The notes beneath the pieces are model-generated. The model saw only the letters and a program-made list of their open reading frames with translations, was not told where the DNA came from and searched no databases. A program made the translations under genes and the position numbers. From a bacterium (lineage in GTDB: Bacteria > Armatimonadota > Abditibacteriia > Abditibacteriales > Abditibacteriaceae), in assembly GCA_004172935.1 (NCBI GenBank), contig SDZD01000022.1:6195-70194 (forward strand): a DNA stretch of 64,000 nt. The letters are read 5' to 3'. This document shows, piece by piece, positions 60,012 to 64,000 of the stretch (positions are counted from its first letter, which is position 1; each line of letters begins with the position of its first letter).

Positions 60012-61128
60012 AATCGTCACTGAGCGCGCCGAAGCCGATACGGACGACGCCGAGGACGACCTCCCTCAAGATTCGGCTGAACTCGAATTCAACGATGTCG
60101 ACTTCGAAGATTACGACGAAGACGATGACTTCGTAGAAGAGGACGCCGACGATGACGATGATGAATCCGGCGTGGAAACCGACTTCATCCCCACCCACGA
60201 CGAGCCACGCGACGAGAGCCAGATGGAGCGCGTCTCCAAACTCATCGCGCGCATCGGAATCGCTTCCCGTCGCGGCGCCGAAGACCTCATCACCACAGGT
60301 GAGGTTTCCATCAATGGCCACTATGTCCGCGAACCGGGCGTCAAGGCTGACCCCCGTCGCGACAAGATTGTCGTCTCCGGTCGTCCACTCATCATCACCG
60401 AAAAAACAACGACGGTGATTTTGCTGCATAAACCAAAGAGCGTGATGACAACGCGCGACAAGCGCGAAGACAGGCAAACCGTCTTCGACCTGTTGCCGCA
60501 CAAATTCCGCACCTTTCACCCCATTGGCCGACTCGACTTCGACACATCAGGCGTGCTGTTGCTCACCGACGATGGCGAACTAACTCACCTGCTCACCCAC
60601 CCATCGCATGGCGCCGAGAAGGAATACGAAGCGCGTGTACGCGGCGAAGTGCTACCCGGCGAACTCGACCGCCTCCGCAAAGGCGTGCGCCTGGAAGATG
60701 GCGTTACTGCTCCTTGCTATGCCCGCCTTGTCGGCCAGAGCGAGAAAAACGCGCTGGTTCAACTCCGCATCCGTGAAGGCCGCAACCGTCAGGTGCGCCG
60801 AATGCTCGATTCCATTGGCCACCCCGTTTCCAGCCTGCGCCGCACCAAATTCGCGGGCGTCGAACTCGAAGGCTTGCAATCGGGTTCTTTCCGCATCCTG
60901 CTTCCCGGCGAAGTCAAAGTGCTGCGCAAACGGGTCGAAACCAAAGTCAAAGCCCCACGCCGCGCTCGCTCCACGCCGCCTCTCAAAGCCGCACCCCAAT
61001 CCAAGGTCGCCCCTCAGCCCGAACTGAAAGGCAAAGAAGCCCAACGCGCCCGCGACAAAGCCCGCCACGCCGCCTGGAAACGCGGCCAAAGCGAAGTCGC
61101 CCGCCGCATCGAAAAAGAGTGGCAGTAA
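59950..61128 (+). CDS. rluB: RsuA/RluB family pseudouridine synthase with acidic N-terminal extension
   Basis: S4 domain ASRRGAEDLI..GEV.ING, LHKP, GRLDFDTSG, EGRNRQVRRM. Confidence 0.88.
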   Translation: MPDPNLPLNPSNPATSADDLEIVTERAEADTDDAEDDLPQDSAELEFNDVDFEDYDEDDDFVEEDADDDDDESGVETDFIPTHDEPRDESQMERVSKLIARIGIASRRGAEDLITTGEVSINGHYVREPGVKADPRRDKIVVSGRPLIITEKTTTVILLHKPKSVMTTRDKREDRQTVFDLLPHKFRTFHPIGRLDFDTSGVLLLTDDGELTHLLTHPSHGAEKEYEARVRGEVLPGELDRLRKGVRLEDGVTAPCYARLVGQSEKNALVQLRIREGRNRQVRRMLDSIGHPVSSLRRTKFAGVELEGLQSGSFRILLPGEVKVLRKRVETKVKAPRRARSTPPLKAAPQSKVAPQPELKGKEAQRARDKARHAAWKRGQSEVARRIEKEWQ

Positions 61129-61138
61129 CCCAAACTCG

Positions 61139-61193
61139 TCAGTACGATGTCCCTACGTTGTCAGCATATTGAGAACGTAGGGACATGTGCTGA
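61139..61193. repeat. Inverted doublet of GTAG-type REP-like units
   Basis: atgtccctacgtt N14 aacgtagggacat; both arms read GTAGGGACAT.....CTGA. Confidence 0.55.
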
Positions 61194-61297
61194 TACATGC
61201 GCTTCGTCAGACCATATGTCCACTGGAACGCAGGGTTAAGGTCGGCAAAAACACCACTTACATCCCCCTCAACCGGACAAGGCATACTCCGCCCTGA

Positions 61298-62899
61298 ATG
61301 AAGCGCGTGTTTCTGGCCGCTGTGGGCGTGATTGCCGTCGCCATCTGGGGCTTCGGTGGGCGAGGCAATTTAGGGTTCGGCGAAGAATGGAAAATTCTTC
61401 CCAACGGCACGTTGTGGCCTCTGGGCGCTCTGGGGTTGCCCCTTGCCGTCATTTTGCTGTTCGGCGGCGCGGCGGGCCTGTCGGTCTACGACCGCTTCAA
61501 ACGCGCCAAATCGCGCAAAGAGCAAAAGAACTCCGTCGTCACGGCTCTCATCTGTCTGGGCTTGCTGGGCTTCCTGTGGCCGTGGACGCTGCTTGGCCCC
61601 GGTGCCCTGGCCCGCGTTAACGAGCCGTCGCAACTATCGCGCATTACCCTCGAAGGACGCTTCAACCTGATTGCCTCGCAGTGGAGCGATGTCGCCACCG
61701 AATATTTCGGCACCGCCTATTCCATCACCGATGCCCGCGCCTTTGCCAGCACCTACGCCGCGACTCGCCAAAACCCCACTTCTCGCTCTCTGGCCCACCT
61801 CGCAACCCATCCTCCCGGCGCCACGCTGCTGTTCTATGGACTTCGTCGCACCGTCGAGGCTGTCCCCGGCCTCAACGATAGCCTGAACTCCGTTGCGGGC
61901 ATTCTCACAGGCCAAAAAGAAGACGAGTTGTTTTCCAGCCTCAACACAGTGCGCACCACCGCTTCGCTCGGTGCCTCTGTGCCCGCTCCACCGCCGCTAC
62001 CACGCGGCGCCATTGGTGGCGCACTCTTCTGCGTGTTGTTCATGGGGCTTAGCCTTGTTGCCGCGCTTCCGGCTATTTATGGCTTGGCGACGGTCGGCAG
62101 CGATGAATCGTCTTGCGACGATGCCGAAGCGCGTGGTCTGTTCGCCTGTGCCCTGTGGGTGCTGGCTCCCACTCTCAACCTGTACGCCTTCTCGCTCGAT
62201 GCCGTCGTCGCGTGCGGCGCGGCGTGGGCGCTCTTTTTCGCGGCGCGCGCCCTCACCAAAAACTCACCACGTGACGCCGTTCTGGCGGGGTTGGCTTTGG
62301 CGCTCACCACCATGCTCTCGTTCGGAGCTTTGGCTGTAGGCCTGGTTATCCTTCTCGCCGCCCTCATTTCCCGAACTCCGGCCGCTCAGTGGGGTAGGGC
62401 AGCAGCGCTGGCTTGCGGCGCTTTTGTGGTGGCCTGGCTCATCGCGGCGCTGTGGGGCAGCTTCAATCCGCTTCAAGTCATGTTGCAGGGAACGGCAGCT
62501 CACAAATTCGCTACTCTGTCGGTACGCTCCTATTGGCCGTGGGTCGTGCTAAATCTCTTCATTTGGGCAGTTTTTTCTGGAATACCATTGGTTGTTTCCC
62601 TGACAGAAGCCGCACGTATGAGAAAAGAACTTATAATAAGAACTGGGACAAGAAAAGAAGCGAATGTTTTTCCTATGGCTTTAGCATTCGCATTGGGGAC
62701 GATTTCAACGCTTGTGTTGCTCTGCCTTCTGGGGCAGGTACGCGGCGAGGTAGAGCGATTGTGGTTGTTTCTTTTGGCGCCTCTCGCGGCCTCTGTGGTT
62801 GTGCGAAGCGGTAAAGAAGCCACTCTCCTGGCGGGATTGCAGGGCGTTCAAACGCTCATCATGGCCGCCACCATCGCACCACTGGTACGCCCTTTTTAA
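61298..62899 (+). CDS. GT-C fold (ArnT/PMT-like) polytopic membrane glycosyltransferase
   Basis: More than ten TM segments, periplasmic loop with THPPG, GEVERLW motif. Confidence 0.65.
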   Translation: MKRVFLAAVGVIAVAIWGFGGRGNLGFGEEWKILPNGTLWPLGALGLPLAVILLFGGAAGLSVYDRFKRAKSRKEQKNSVVTALICLGLLGFLWPWTLLGPGALARVNEPSQLSRITLEGRFNLIASQWSDVATEYFGTAYSITDARAFASTYAATRQNPTSRSLAHLATHPPGATLLFYGLRRTVEAVPGLNDSLNSVAGILTGQKEDELFSSLNTVRTTASLGASVPAPPPLPRGAIGGALFCVLFMGLSLVAALPAIYGLATVGSDESSCDDAEARGLFACALWVLAPTLNLYAFSLDAVVACGAAWALFFAARALTKNSPRDAVLAGLALALTTMLSFGALAVGLVILLAALISRTPAAQWGRAAALACGAFVVAWLIAALWGSFNPLQVMLQGTAAHKFATLSVRSYWPWVVLNLFIWAVFSGIPLVVSLTEAARMRKELIIRTGTRKEANVFPMALAFALGTISTLVLLCLLGQVRGEVERLWLFLLAPLAASVVVRSGKEATLLAGLQGVQTLIMAATIAPLVRPF

Positions 62900-62935
62900 A
62901 AAGGGCCTCTAACTAGTGCGAGAATCGAGCCACTC

Positions 62936-63973
62936 TTGAACCTGAATTTCGACGATAAGTACACGAATATGGCTTTGGCGACTTCGGCAGCTTTTCCCGC
63001 GCATACGGTTTCCCCTCTTGGGGGTTCTCCACTGGCGCCCGCTCACGGCACCCTTTCCGATACGGCCCCGCTTCCCATTCCTTCGTTGGATGGATCGCCC
63101 CGCCTACGCTATGACCCGCGCGTTTACGCCGAGGCCCAAACCGGCCTTGTGCGGCGCGATATGAGCCATTTCGGACGCTTCCGCGTGTGGGGCAAAGATG
63201 CCGCCGCGCTTTTGCACCACCTCACGACTCAAGATGTAAAAAACATGCGTCCCGGCGAAATCCGCGAAGCTGTTTTGGTTAACAACAAAGCCCGCATCCT
63301 CGACTGGGTCACCATCATGCGGCGCCACGAGTCCGACTTCTGGGTCATCACCTCGCCCAACCGCAAACAGACTTTCTCACAACACGCCATCCGCTACGTG
63401 TTGTTCCGCCAGGACGTAAAAATTGACGACGTAGCTGCCGACGATGCCCTCTTTGGCGTATTCGGCCCGCAAGCCGCCGAAGTCGCCGGTCCCAAATGGC
63501 CCACCCGCCGTCTTCCCTGCGGAGGCTTTCTCACATTCGGTGCCACCGATGAAGCGATGCCCTGCGACACCGACACCTTCAACATCCTGCGCGTCGAATG
63601 CGGCTTGCCCGTCGCGGGCAGCGAATTGACCGAAGACTTCAACCCCTGGGAAGCGAACTTCGATTTCGCCATCTCTGCGGCCAAAGGTTGTTACAACGGT
63701 CAGGAAATCATCGCCCGCCTCAACACCTACCAGAAGGTCAAACAAAAGCTCGTCGGCATCCGCCTCGAAAAACCACACACCGGACGCGCCCTGCTCCGTG
63801 GTAATGACAAAGATGCCGGGCTTCTCACATCCAGCGTCCTGTCCCCACGTTACGGAGCCATCGGCCTCGCCTACGTCCGCAACGACTGGAACGCAACCGG
63901 AACCGAACTGGAACTCGCTGGCGACCACCCTCAAAAAGTCACCGTCTGCGAACTCCCCTTCAACCGCGACTAA
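62936..63973 (+). CDS. ygfZ: YgfZ/GcvT-family folate-binding protein (start may be ATG 62969)
   Basis: KGCYNGQE signature, GKDAAALLH.LTT, C-terminal IGLAYVR. Confidence 0.88.
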   Translation: MNLNFDDKYTNMALATSAAFPAHTVSPLGGSPLAPAHGTLSDTAPLPIPSLDGSPRLRYDPRVYAEAQTGLVRRDMSHFGRFRVWGKDAAALLHHLTTQDVKNMRPGEIREAVLVNNKARILDWVTIMRRHESDFWVITSPNRKQTFSQHAIRYVLFRQDVKIDDVAADDALFGVFGPQAAEVAGPKWPTRRLPCGGFLTFGATDEAMPCDTDTFNILRVECGLPVAGSELTEDFNPWEANFDFAISAAKGCYNGQEIIARLNTYQKVKQKLVGIRLEKPHTGRALLRGNDKDAGLLTSSVLSPRYGAIGLAYVRNDWNATGTELELAGDHPQKVTVCELPFNRD

Positions 63974-64000
63974 ACCCCGCACCCATACCACCACTACGCC

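Overview
A 64 kb stretch of core-like chromosome from a GC-rich diderm bacterium. By inference it is Abditibacteriota/Armatimonadota-like: three prepilin-type 'ARENAR..SC.SN..QI.L'/H-X9-DG paralogues, lgt/lspA and a C-terminal-Phe beta-barrel. It carries about 50 credible CDS: cell-envelope and peptidoglycan enzymes (dacB, an S11 carboxypeptidase, namZ, serine hydrolase, lspA, lgt, a GT-C protein), secreted glycan and protease proteins, housekeeping genes (tandem-type thyX, rluB, aat, ygfZ, sulfurtransferase) and AT-richer singleton genes slotted between them. No rRNA, tRNA, CRISPR array, transposase or integrase was seen. Main points of interest: (1) a compact sigma54 module of rpoN with a CxxC-CxxC insert, a sensor-less histidine kinase and an NtrC-type activator with no DNA-binding HTH, plus -24/-12-like sites; (2) a two-gene candidate exopolysaccharide system, namely a PilZ-less BcsA-like synthase fused to a large unassigned domain next to a 1998-aa TPR/beta-barrel exporter; (3) singleton genes (RNA ligase, doxX) bracketed by near-identical terminator hairpins between convergent gene pairs; (4) a stand-alone TIR gene; (5) a recurring -10-like hexamer 5-9 nt before start codons, suggesting leaderless genes. 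All family names come from motif recognition by eye; no database searches were run.
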